A DNA stretch of 64,000 nucleotides from Squalus acanthias (Eukaryota), in contig CM059432.1 of assembly GCA_030390025.1 (NCBI GenBank), forward strand, positions 22,136,001-22,200,000. The letters run 5' to 3'. Under the pieces are notes generated by a model. It saw nothing but the letters and a program-made list of their open reading frames with translations, did no database searches and was not told where the DNA came from. Every line of letters starts with the position of its first letter. Positions within the stretch are counted from its first letter, which is position 1. Made by a program: the position numbers and the translations under genes. This document shows positions 23,061-35,131 of this stretch, one piece after another.

Positions 23061-23246
23061 GATGCGGAGATGCCGGTGTTGGACTGGGGTGGAGAAATGA
23101 GAGAAGTCGCACAACACCAGGTTATAGTCCAACAGCTTCATTTGAAATCACAAGCTTTCGGAGTGCTGCTCCTTCGTCAGGTGAAGTGAAGAGATGCATA
23201 TAGGCACAGCATATATAGTCAGAGAACACTGCCAGATGATTATAGA
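23061..23246 (-). mobile_element. Penelope pseudo-LTR remnant
   Basis: Reverse-complement match to 12540-12669. TTATTTT duplicated on both sides. Confidence 0.85.
23148..23184 (-). ncRNA. Minimal hammerhead ribozyme, second copy
   Basis: UCAC-CUGACGA-A-GGAG(cagca)CUCC-GAAA-GC-UU-GUGA. Confidence 0.7.
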
Positions 23247-24720
23247 TTATTTTGGGGTGCACGGCCCCTTTAACAGGCTGCGCGGCCCATTCAAAGTTTC
23301 GTGCACGCGCAAAATTTCACATTGGAAAAGCCGGTCCCGGGCTGCGCGGGACCGGCAGACAAAATGGGATTAGAATAGACAGGGCTTGATGGCCGGCACA
23401 GACACGATGGGCCGAAGGGCCTCTTTCTGTGCTGTATAACTCTACTCTCTCTCTATAGCTGCGTGGCCGCACGGTTGCGCAGCTCAGAGGGAACGTGGGG
23501 CCCCTGTAATTTCAATGTTTTTCAGAGCCTGAATGAACCTTGTGTACAAGCTTCCAATGCTTTTAATGCTGGTCGGCCAAATTAGGGCATTCTTGGCGCA
23601 TCACTGCGTTGAAAGCCTCCGCTCCCAATGGCCCAAAAATCCCTGTAACCAGTCAATGAACAGTCCCCGCGGTTAGTCAGACTTGCCCTTGCCCATTTAA
23701 TCTCCATGATATTTTGCGTGGCAAGTTGCTGGAAGTACGGGATTGAAACGATACAGCCCTCTACAGGGCATGTGGGATCTGAGTGAACAGGGCAATGTGT
23801 ATCTCCTTAGCCAATCAGATTGAAGGATTGTGAAATTAACAGCGCAAGGTCTGAACAAGGAAGTGTAAGTTAGAATTGGCAAATTCAATGTCAAATCAGG
23901 AAAGAAAGATTAGGTTAAGGGAGAGAGAAAAAAAGAGGCAATTGAGTCCCTGCGTGTGCGTTCCCCTGGCCAATTAGTGTTTTGGGTCTATAAGAAAAAG
24001 TAAAAAAGGTAAAATTACTTTTTAAAATCTCTAACAACGATTAAAACCTGAAGGAATGGGACTCCACACTTGTAAAATTAATTTTCAGTGCCAGAGAGGT
24101 TGACTGGCAGTAATTAATACATATCACATCATTAAAAGGGTATTTAGACTGCAAATGACTTGACTTAATTTTCTGTGGCGAGTTTACTTCATATCTACGA
24201 CGCAAGTACAGGAACGTCACGCCGCTCAATGCATTTGAAAGGGGAGCCAGACAGCGAGATGCTTTTTTCATGAAGCTAATGGCAGAGCGGCGCATCTCCG
24301 ACAGCAACTTCTTGATTTCTGTGTTGAATCGCGCAACTGCCCTCGCCCAAAGCTGTTATTAGCCTCGCCGTTATTTTGACGGCAATTTTTCGGCCACTAA
24401 TATGCATTATCAGCCAAGTGTTGTTTAAATACTTCAGAGAATTGCTAAAATACCTTGGCCGCGATTTTCCCATTGGTTGGGTGCAGGTCAGGTGGTCGGC
24501 AGGTCCGGTCCCGCCGCCGCTTTCAGCCGGTAATAAATTGCAATTTTGCCCTAATTGGGCAATTGAGTCCCTGCGTGTGCGCTCCCCTGGCCAATCAGTG
24601 TTTTGGGTCTGGAACTGGCCTCTGCTGATGTCTGTGAGCCAGCTGCATTTAAGGGGCCCATGCAGCCTTGGTTCATTCTCTCATTATTTGCTGCTGGATA
24701 TCCTTCTGTCAACTGCTGCC

Positions 24721-26690
24721 ATGACTACCTCAAGGGCCAAGGCCTCTCCCCGATTTGATGATGACTCTCTCCATGCTCTTGTGGAGGGAGTCAGAGGGCG
24801 CAAGGAGGTACTCTTCCCATCCTCTGGGCGGAAGAATCCACCACAGCAAACCAAAGCAGGCTGGCTGCAAATTGCTCAGGAGGTGAGCTCCAGATCCATG
24901 TGTACTCGAACCTGGGTACAGTGCAGAACAAGGTTCAATGACCTGGTCCGCTCAGGGAAAGTGAGTATAACATCACCATTACCCTCAATCTGCTCCCCAT
25001 CTCCTCTCATCACCAGCACTCTGCATTGTCAACCTACTCCTGCACATCCCACTTTACCCTTACATCCCTTGCACCCTTAACCATCCCTCTCTCTCTATGT
25101 ACAGAATCACTTCACTATTCGACTATGCTGCCCTCACACTCGCTATGACAACAACTAACAACGCACAGGGAGAGCCCTTGGTATTGGCACCTCACTCCAT
25201 CTTTGTCTCCCTCTAAGCATCTATGCTATGGATTCTCTACACTCACTCTATCATTCTCACTCAAACTCCACTTGTCTCCCTCATTGCAGGAAAAGAGAGC
25301 CCACAATAAGAGGGAGAGGGCTAAGACAGGAGGAGGGCCACCTTCCATAGCGCATCTCACCAACGCTGAGGACGGCCCTAGAAATCATTGGAGGTGATGA
25401 GGATGTGGAAGTGGGGGATGGTCAGACGGGCGCAGCAGAGCAAGCTGGTGACAGAACAGATTTGCACCTCTCTCATTTACATTGCATGAGTGACTGATAT
25501 GGCATCTGATGCTCATACAGATTGACTTATGATCATCTGCACAATTCCATGTGCATGCTACGTTAATATCACATGTCTAACTCATGCCTTTACTCCCCCA
25601 CAGGACCATCGACAGCCCCCTCCCCACTGTCCAGGAGGAAGAGCCTGAGCCGGAAGACTCCTCAGAGGAACCTGCAACCTCTGAGGGCGCAGCGTCAGCA
25701 GAATTAAGCGCACCCAGCACCAGCGCAGATACGCACACCTCGGTGGGACCTTCGCAACATAGAGTAGTGCTGTCACCTGGTGTATCACAGCTCACAAGTG
25801 AGCATCAGCAGATGGTGGAGACAGGGACAGCAGTGGAGAGTTCTCATCGGAGACCGCAGGGCGCTCCCAGCTCTGCTCAGCTGCACGTGGACCCTGTGCC
25901 TCTGGGTCCATCCAGAAAGAGAGCAGTGCTGGAACTCCAGGAACAAGTGCAGGAGTCTCTGGCAGGTTTTGCATCCAGGGTTACTGCGAGTGTGGAGAGG
26001 ATGGAGGAGTCCATCTCTAACATGAGCAGTGCCTTTGTGGAGGCAATGGCTCATGAATGCACCACCATGGAAAGGATGGCTACCTCCGTGGTAAGGATGG
26101 CTATCTCTCTGGAAAGGATGGCTATGGTAGAGGAGAGGATGGCTACGACCATGGAGGAAATAAGTCGCCAGAGTCTGGAAAACATGGTGAATGTTCAGAA
26201 TAGACTGACATCTCTGGAGGAGCGATGGGTAGCTATTGAGCAGAGAAACCAGAGCTTCATGGAAGTCCTTTTGAGTAGGACTGCCAGTGCAGATACGGGT
26301 CCTCATGGCCTCCCTGATGTGCAGCAAGGTGCTGTCAAGCCACTTGCAAGCACTGAAGTGGGGCTGACCCATGAGAGGGATGTTGGTGGCAGGCAACAAG
26401 GGAGTGGGGGCTCCTCTCCAAGCACTCACACTCCCATGCCACTGAGTAGCCCTCGGTCAGAGCCCCACCAGAGTCCTCACCCAACTGAGATGGGCGTCTC
26501 AGCCCCTGCACAGACGCAGGAGGAGCAGACTGTTGCCGAGCCCTCACAGGCTCGCAAACCCAGAGGAAGCCCACCAAAGGTGTCGAAGCAGGAGCAGCAT
26601 GAAAGTGAGCAAGGTGCCTCCACATCTGCTGAAGCCACAGGGGAAGCACCACGTAGAAGCACGTGTAAGAGGAAGATAACGCACAATTAG
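24721..26690 (+). pseudogene. Harbinger Myb/SANT-like gene (exon 1 24721-24960, exon 2 from 25290, exon 3 about 25604-26690), probable frameshift in exon 2
   Basis: PRFDDDSLHALVEGV..W..IAQEV..RTWVQCRTRFNDL, GTGAGT donor, KTGGG motif and MERMA heptad repeats in exon 3. Confidence 0.8.
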
Positions 26691-26867
26691 TCACAAGGGT
26701 AGTCACTTGGGTGTTCTGTTCTGTTGTCTTTATTTTTTGCCATTGTCATCCTTTTGTGCATTGATTAAACAGAAGTGATGGCAAACAGTTGAAGTTCTGG
26801 CCTATGTGATCTGGGAAATGGAAGTTGCACATTGAGGGCTCAGGGCGACTTGCATTTGTAATGATGG

Positions 26868-27081
26868 TCATCCTCGGCCTGTAAACCCTGTGTTGGGTGT
26901 ATCTCCTGTGGCGATATGCAGCCCTACGCTGATGCCTTCTGCCCTGTGCAGCATCAGGTGACTGAGTAGGAGGTTGGTGCTCCTGCTGTTAGTGCTGCTG
27001 TTGTGCCTGGTTCTGCTGCTGCTGCGGCTGCTCTTCCTCTGAATCTGAGGACCAGGATGAAAGGAAATAAATGGTTCCCAT
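26868..27081 (-). pseudogene. N-terminal remnant of a Harbinger transposase
   Basis: ATG at 27081 and one internal stop. RRYTQHRVYRPRMT resembles RRAYPPRVYREQLS of the intact transposase. The catalytic core is absent. Confidence 0.6.
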
Positions 27082-27727
27082 GCTGCTGGTAGATATCTCA
27101 GTTGAGGAAGCGCTCAGTCAATGTGGGGAGAGGGTTTTCCCAGGAGGTCACAGTGGAGATGGATCTCGGCTTCACCACCTCCAAGATCAGTAGTTTTTAG
27201 TAGTAGCAAAAAGTTTTCCAAGACCTGAAAAAACAAAGTTCTGCCATCTGCAACTGAGCCTTGTTGAGAGCACTGTTTTTATGCTGGAGCCGCAGCTGTG
27301 AAGAAGGCAGCCACTTGTGAACCCACCACAATCAGCTGGCGTGGTTTGGGAACGGCGCGGAACACGTAGAAAAAGTGGTAAAATCTAAAACCGCTGTCAA
27401 AATAGCATTATCCAGGCAGTTAACAAGCAGTTAACTGCCTTAAAGACCTATCCCGCCGCTTGGTGGCGGGACCAATCGGGAGTCTGGGAGGCCGCCTTTG
27501 GGAAAGTTGCACGGAGGCGGGTTGACGGCGGGATCGGAACCTGCCGTCAATATTTGCGATTTTACCACCTGACCCGCCTCCAAACCCGCTCTCTGAGCGC
27601 CGGCAAAATCGCGGCCCTTGACTTTTATTGTTTTGTACCAAGACTAAAAAGGAGAGGCAACAAGATAAATCAAGAAGTAATGATCGGATGACTCCAGATT
27701 TGGAAAAAAAGGATCAAAATTTCCCAT

Positions 27728-30286
27728 TGTAAGAGTTTCGTGCCTGTGTCTCAGACGGTGCTGGTGCGAGGTTAGGCCTTCGTTGCCTAATACTATTGCT
27801 TGCTCTGGTCTCCGGCCAGCCTTATTGCAATAAGCACTTGTGAGTGGTTCGACCCACTCGCCCTTACGGTTCTAACACTGGACTTAGGTGCAGGAGCAGT
27901 AATGCAGAGAAAAACTCAAATAGACCTGGTTGAATAGTACGAAATGGAAAATCTTTATTGCATAGCATCCAAAATCATGAAGTGCATGTCATAGGCGCAA
28001 ATTAACGAGAGTACAAGTATACATACATTCATAAAGCTTGGTCTATGGTAATGAAGAACGCACGGCACATCGTAAAAAGGGGAACACATTATACTTTATC
28101 CTTAATAAAACCACCCTCCCTTATCAATACCTACACTACGTCTAGATTTGTAGGATCGGGAAACATGCTCACCACTCATGTTACTTCGGAGAATTTTAAA
28201 ATGAGGCACTCGGCTCGTTTCGCTGCAGCGCCTGACTGTCACGTGTTTGGAGGGGTCTCTGTACCCCACTTGTTTATCTTCGCTGCTGCAACAAGCAGGT
28301 CCGACTCCCTGTTGTCATGAAGAACTCGACAGAACTCGGACACGGTTAGAAAAGTCTTCCTGTTCCCGACACCGGTTGTCGGTAGATTTCAATGAAGAGT
28401 TTTTCTTGTATTTTCGGGCGCGGTCGGGGTTTACTGACCATGGCGGCACGTGGATTCTTCTTCTTTTCTTGTCATTTCATCTTGTCTCTTCGGGCCTTCG
28501 GGTCCAGACACCGTTTACCGACTCTCGGGATGGTGCACCCGGTCACTTGCCCTTGTCGAGGCGGCTCGTTCCGATTGAGCTCCACCCAACATTCGAATAG
28601 CCGACCCGTACGGCTAAAAGTCAAGAGTCAACAAAGTCCAGCCCTAAAGAAGAGCTTCAGCCAGCGATCGAGCGAGTCAAAAGAGAATAAGAGCTCAGCA
28701 GTCAGCAGCGAGATAAGAGAATAAGGGGTAAAAATTCAGTTGGTTGCGCCTCCCGTTAGCGCCTTAAGAGGGCGCTAATGGGGCGCAAAGCTGCTAACGC
28801 CCAGGCGCAGCGATGTTTGCGCCGCTCGGGAACTTAACTAGACATTGTGCGGCGGCGCTAAACTTTACCGCTGCGACCACCTGCGCACGCAGATTGTGAC
28901 GTCATTCCATGGTGCAACGCCCTTGTGGCGCCCCGGAGTGGAAATTGAGTGGCGCCCCCTGCCTTACCGCCTGACGCTAGCAACGACAGGTTGAGGGGAG
29001 CGTTCTGCAGTCATGAAGGGAAAGGGGGAGTGCTATTTAAAGGTGACCGCTTCCTGCCTTTTATTGTTGGTGCCATTTTTGAACTACGCATTCTGAGAGA
29101 GAGAGGGAGAGACTTCTGGAGAGATTCAACGTTGTGTGAAGGAGTTTTGGGTACTGAGCAGCACTTTGCAGGTTCATTTTGATTTGCCATTCCTTGTATC
29201 GATTTAGCAGAGACTGTGGGGGCTGCACTCTGAGCTCTTTCCCTGGGCCTCTCCATTGTTCTTTCCAGCACATTTGATGTGCAAGTCTCTCCAGGCCGAG
29301 ATTCAAGGCTGCAATGAACAGGATGTGGATGGAAAGCAAGATTAACCATCCCCTTTAAGAACTGGCCCGTGCCATTGTGTGTGTGTTCCATTGCTGACTG
29401 ACATTACATGAGCTTCGCCAGCGCTCTGAGTTAGCGCCTCACTCCTTGGCCTTTGCGCCTTAAGACAGGTGTGCAGCGCCTGATTTAGCGCTCCACTCAC
29501 CTCCCGGGGCGGTAAAAGTGAAGTTTCCAGTCAGTGGCGATAATTAGCGCCAGGCGCTAATATTTGCGTCCGGACGATATTTGCGCCCCAAATGGGGCGC
29601 GACCTAATTTTTCCCCCTAAGAGTCGAATCAAGAGCCCGATGGACATTTGTTCACTATAGTTATAGTGATGTGTTCCCTTATCTCCCGCTCAAATCTTAA
29701 TGTTTGTCCTTTGTGTAATACTGGTGCACAAAACTCCCAGCATGGGGCGGTTGTCTTCTTTAACGGGTTTTGGTAGCACCTGAAACTGGCCAACTACCCG
29801 TTAATGTTTTCCCCATTGTTGACCCAGCCAGGATGTGTACGAATCGTCTCCCTGACTGGTTTTGGGGGCCCCTGAATACTTGTTTAATCACCCGTCAATG
29901 TCTCTCTCATTGTAGAGCCGGGGGCGGGGGGGTATTTGTGTATTGATGTGTCTGGATGGGCCTTCGATTGCCCAGTACAATGATCCTTACTTGTGCATGG
30001 AAAACGATTCCAGCACTTATATGTTTGCTATTGTTTCAAATGCAAACGGGTTGCATCCTGTCTTTATCAATGTTTATCGAGTATGATCCAATCTTATATT
30101 GAATGTTTATTCGACGCCATCTTGTCTGCCCACTGTAATTCTGGAAGCTTCTGCCACGATGCGCGGCGGCCATTTTACAGGCTTCTGTGTCCTTTATATC
30201 AGGACAGCATTTCGTTTAATAAGACTGATCAAACGAATCTGTTTCACTTTCGTTATTTTGAATCGTGATAATTGCGAAACTTTACA
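27728..30286 (-). mobile_element. Solo LTR, about 1.66 kb without the nested Harbinger
   Basis: TG..CA ends with short inverted repeats TGTAAGAGTTTCG and CGAAACTTTACA. 5-bp TSD CCCAT. Minus-strand AATAAA near 27957 and TATA-like site near 29660 suggest the orientation. Confidence 0.8.
28725..29617. mobile_element. Non-autonomous Harbinger element, 893 bp, near-identical to 7823-8715
   Basis: Same termini and length as 7823-8715. TSD TAA. Confidence 0.93.
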
Positions 30287-32269
30287 CCCATCTTGAACAA
30301 GATGAATATTAACAATGTCACCTTCGATAACAGTAGTTATGTAGATAATTGTGGCAACTGTCTTGCACACAGCAGTCAAGTGAAGAATCAGTTAAACTGT
30401 TTTTGGTGAGGAACAGGGATTATTAACGTCCACCTGATTTAGCTTGACATCTCATCAGAAGGACAGTACCTCCATCAATGCAGCACTCCCTAAGTACTGC
30501 ATTGGATGGTCAGCTTAGATTATGGGCACAAATCCTGGAGCTCACAACCTTTTGACTGATACAAGATAGAAGAACGCAATGAACTGAGAAAAGCCTTCGC
30601 CATTGAGCCCTGCATTAAGACTGGAATAAGGATGCACGGGTAAAGCTGTAAGTGTTTGGGAGTGCACAGCATGGAGTAGAAAATAGAAATGAGTACCTAA
30701 CCTTTAGAAAACAGTTAGGTCCATCTCGTTGACAACACCCGATTGTGCCTTAGACATTTTCTTATTGGGAGTAACTAACTGTTGTGCTGAAATCTGCCCC
30801 GACTATCCACAGAGCCCAAGGAGTCAAGAGGTGAAATTATCCATCAAAATTAATTTGTCTCGCTATTTGGCGCACAATTGTTGGCAATTCTTATTGTGTC
30901 AGGAACAGACTTCACTGTTAGTGGCAGGAATCTTCCTTTCTGATTTGTTTCAGTGCTGAGAAGAAAGCAAGTGAGAGATTTCCCAGATAGAGTCACCTCC
31001 TCATCTGGAAATCCTGTCTTCAGATTCTTGTGTTTGTTGGCATCTCTTGTAGGAGTGCATGGTCATTTTTTGTTTCCTTATTTGGGAATCATTTCTTTTG
31101 AAAGTTTGCTGCCTTCTGAATACTCTGGCTGTTGAACGGTTCCACGGCTATTGGCAGCTTTATGGCTGGCTTTGTGTTAACCTGGACAGTGCATGTCGGC
31201 AGGCTATTCTGCCTTCGAAACAAAGGGCATCACATCTGAGCCCGATCGTGTTCTCGCTCAACATCCACACGCATGCACATTTCGGCAGGGTCACTGGATA
31301 ATAATCGGGAGCATGAACACTGTTCCCTCCCCCCACCTTTATCCTGAGACAGTGAAGGAAATTGTAATATCCCAGCTGGTCCCTTGCTGAGATCAGCTAA
31401 TGCTGCATTTATACTGCAGTATGGGTCCCAGCCAGGCAATGGCTCATTAATACTGCTGACTGCAATTATATCAGTTGTTACAGCGATGAGCAGAGCTCCT
31501 CTCCCACCAATCAAAATTATAGGGTTAGAATTGCTGCTGGCGTTCTCCCGATTGTCTGCTGTAAAAGCTCTTTGCACCGTTTCTCCGGGGTTTCCACTGA
31601 TCTTCCGACGAAATTATGATGGATGACAAGGAGAATCCCCTGGGAAATGAATGGTGGAAATATTTAAAGAGAGTGGGCAGCAGTGTCTGCACTGTCTAAA
31701 CATTTAAATTAGCTCCAGATAGCTTCCAAAAGTGTTCAGATGGACTAAGGGCCCCCTTGAGTGCTTTTCAAACGCTGTTATACAGTGCATTAAAGCTACA
31801 CTCCAGTGTCAAATGGCAGTAGTTTGAGACTACTTTCTCCAGAGAGTCCCACATTGCTTCTCTTTACAGGCAAGCTGGATCGCTAATCTGGATATATCGT
31901 GCAACCTTAGCATCACTGTGAAGTGGAAAGGGCTTTGAAGTGATATTAAAGTTGCAAAATAAATGCACAATATCTAGGTACAGACCAGGGATCAAAAGTG
32001 TAACTTCTTGGTCGATATGGTTTTGTGCCATATCACATGGTGCCATTACCCACTTTTTTTTATATGGATTTATTCAGCATTTAAAACATTTACAACATCG
32101 TGATCATTCCCTTGTATCATACCCACTCAACTATCAGAGATTTAATCCATAGATCAACCTAACTCCTTCACATCCCTCACCACTACTTCTTGTAATTTTG
32201 TCGGGCTGTAATTTGTTTCATCTTAGCCTGTTGTATAATAGATGTTTGTCCAGGTAACATTGCCTGTTG

Positions 32270-32650
32270 GTGTTAGCTGTTGCTCAGTGGTAGCACTCTT
32301 GCGTCTGGGTCAGAAGGGTATGGGTTCAAAGTCCTACTCCAGAGATTTGACCACATAATCTAGGTTGACACTCAGGTGGACGTAAAAGATCCCCTGGCGC
32401 TATTCAAAGAAGAGTAGGGGAGTTCTCCCCAGTGTCCTGGCCAATATTTACCCCGAAGCCATCATCATTACAACAGATTATCTGGACATTATCACTTTGC
32501 TGTTTGTGGGACCTTGCTGTGAGCAGAGATGCTGCCGTGTTTCCTACATTGTAACAGTGACTACACTTTAAAAGTACTTCATTGGCTGTAAAGTGCTTTG
32601 AGACGTCCTGAGGTGGTGAAAGGCGGTATAGAAATGCAAATACTTTCTTT
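32270..32650 (+). mobile_element. DeuSINE-like (SacSINE1-like) tRNA SINE; further copies near 19435-19590, 30375-30570, 35295-35590 and 44770-45010
   Basis: A and B boxes, central GGGGAGTTCTCCCC..GTCCTGGCCAATATTT domain and an L2-like tail. Confidence 0.75.
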
Positions 32651-33263
32651 CTCCCTCCCTCCATTAGAACAATCACCCACATCATCAACTAGTACAACAT
32701 TTGACTACAAAGTGCAAATATGCAACCCAAACTTTGCACAACAAATAGATAAATTTACCTCATCATTAACTTCTTCCCATCTTCTCCACCCCACCACCTG
32801 TTTCCATGTGAGAGGCTTGTTTGAGAAACCTAGTTGAAGCCTCAAAGCTCAGAGAGCAGAACCCTACCAAGGTTGAAAAGAGTACAAGAGCTGAGATAGA
32901 TAAACAATAGTGACCAGCAAGGGGGCACATACTCAGAATATCATTGAAAGAATGAAAGGGAAGTTACACGTTTTTTATTCCACTTGGAGGGTTAGTAGCA
33001 CACGGAATGCTTTACTACAAGTGGCTATTGAAGTGGAGATTATGACCTGGAATTTCCTTGGAGCTGTTCCTGCTCCACTGCCATATCTTCACTAGAAGTG
33101 TGAAACCTTGTTTATGCGGATAATTGGCTTTCCACTGCACTCCCGGCAAAGTTATAGAGGTGGAGCGGGAGCAGCTCTGAGGAAATTCTTGGCGTAAAAA
33201 CTCATTTAAATGGGAATTTGATAATTACTTGATGAATATTTTTATGAAGATTTATGAAACCCT

Positions 33264-34053
33264 TCACAGAATCACAGAATCCCCACAGTACAGATAGAGG
33301 CCATTTCGGCCCATCGAGCCTGCACATATCCTACCCTATCCCCGTAACCCCACGTATTTAATCCCCCCTAACACTAAGGGTCAATTTATCATAGCCAAAT
33401 CAACACGGTGGCATAGTGGTTAGCACTGGTGCCTCACAGCGCCAGGGACCCGTGTTCGAATCTGACCTCGGGTGACTGTCTGTGTGGAGTTTGCACATTC
33501 TCCCCGTGTCTGTGTGGGTTTCCTCCGGGTGCTCCGGTTTCCTCCCACAGTCCAAAAATGTGCGGGTTAGGTTGATTTGGCTATGATAAATTGACCCTTA
33601 GTGTTAGAGGGGGATTAAATATGTGGGGTTATGGGGATAGGATGGGATATGTTAGGGGGAATTAAATACATGGGGTTACGGGGGTAGGGTGGGATATGTG
33701 TACTGTGGGGATTAAAGCAGGGACAGGGTACTGGATTTGAATGATCAGCCATGATCGTATTGAATGGTGGAGCAGGCTCGACGGGCCGAATGGCCTACTC
33801 CTGCTCCTAGATTCTATGTTTCTAACCCGCACATCTTTGGACTGTGGGAGGAAACCGGAGCACCCGGAGGAAACCCACGCAGACACGGGGAGAATGTGCA
33901 AACTCCACACAGACAGTCACCCGGGGCCGGATTCGAACCCGGGTCCCTGGCGCTGTGAGGTAATAGTGCTAACCACTATGACACGGTGGCAGTGCAGGCT
34001 CGATGGGCTGAAATGGCCTCTATCTGCACTGTGGGGATTCTGTGATTCTGTGA
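33264..34053. mobile_element. Cluster of nested and inverted HE1-type V-SINEs plus a CR1 tail
   Basis: V-domain GTGGAGTTTGCACATTCTCCCCGTGTCTG on both strands and (TTCTGTGA)n tails at both outer ends. Confidence 0.85.
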
Positions 34054-34545
34054 ATATTAAAGGAGACAAAAAAAAGAATTGAGATTAGAATAGGTACCTC
34101 TGTTTAAAGAACTGGCACTGGCATAGGTGTGAGGACAGGACAGGCTCAGATGTGATGCCCCATAACCGATGCTCATTGGCAATGTTTGTGCAGGAATAAC
34201 GTTTACTTGGGCCATTGAACATGCGTGATCCCAACAAAGAGTTAAACCTTTAAGAAAGGGGGAGAAAATTGGCAGAAAAGAAAAGTAGACAAACGTTAAC
34301 AGAAAAGTTTGTTACAATATCCAAATTAAATTTCCTTTGAAGCTGGAACCAAGCTTTAAAGAGCTACACCTGGCAGCTGAGCAGTCCACCGGCACCTATT
34401 GTGTAAACTCAGGTATGCATAATGGACTCCTGCTGGTGCCTGATACCTTCTTTCCTCTCAGCTAGATGGCCAAAGGACAAAACAAAATGTTTTTTTATTT
34501 TTCTCTAATGCCTGGGCCTAGTGCTTTATTTAAAAAAAAATTATT

Positions 34546-35131
34546 TTGTGGCGAGTGTCTCACCTCCTGACTCCCCAAAGCCTTTCCACCATATACAAGG
34601 CACAAGTAATGAGTGTGATGGAATACTCTTCACTTGCCTGGATGAGTGCAGCTCCAACAATACTCAAGAAGCTCGACATCATCCAGGACAAAGCAGCCCG
34701 CTTGATTGGCACCCCATCCACCACCTTAATCATTCACTCCCTCCACCACCGGCGTACCGTGGCTGCAGTGTGTACCATCTACAAGATGCACTGCAGCAAC
34801 TCGCCAAGGCTTCTTCGGCAGCATCTCCCCAACCCGCGACCTCTTCCACCTAGAAGGACATGGGCAGCAGGCGCATGGGAACACCACCACCTCCAAGTTC
34901 CCCTCCAAGTCACACACCATCCTGACTTAGAAGTATATCGCCGATCCTTCATCATCGCTGGGTCAAAATCTTGGAACTCCCTCCCTAACAGCACTGTGGG
35001 AGTACCTTCACCACACGGACTGCAGCGGTTCAAGAAGGCGGCTCACCACCACCTTCTCAAGGGCAATTAGGGATGGGCATTAAATACTGGCCTTGCCAGT
35101 GACGCCCACATCCCACAAACAAATTAAAAAA
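34546..35131 (+). mobile_element. CR1-group (Crack/Daphne-like) LINE 3' fragment; related pieces at 52400-52795 and 63585-63821
   Basis: IYKAQV..MEYSS.AW..LDIIQDKAARLI peptide and SWNSLP. Tail GGGATGGGCA.TAAAT.CTGGCCTTGCCAG.GACGCCCACATCCC. Confidence 0.75.

Larger units (their letters stand above)
23037..23498. mobile_element. hAT-type MITE containing a Penelope remnant and a short CR1 tail
   Basis: Termini CAATGTTCCCCCT and AGAGGGAACGTGG, with 8-bp TSD GGCCCCTG. Confidence 0.75.
24457..27616. mobile_element. Second Harbinger family element with Myb gene kept and transposase deleted
   Basis: 12-bp TIR GGCCGCGATTTT and TSD CTT. Confidence 0.9.

Noticed and set aside
24457..27616. Trans-complementation between this Myb-only element and the transposase at 13457
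   Set aside because: The TIRs and subterminal sequences differ, indicating separate families.
33404..33475. Genuine tRNA genes at the SINE heads, also at 36275 and 32270
   Set aside because: They continue into SINE bodies and lack a complete cloverleaf and terminator.
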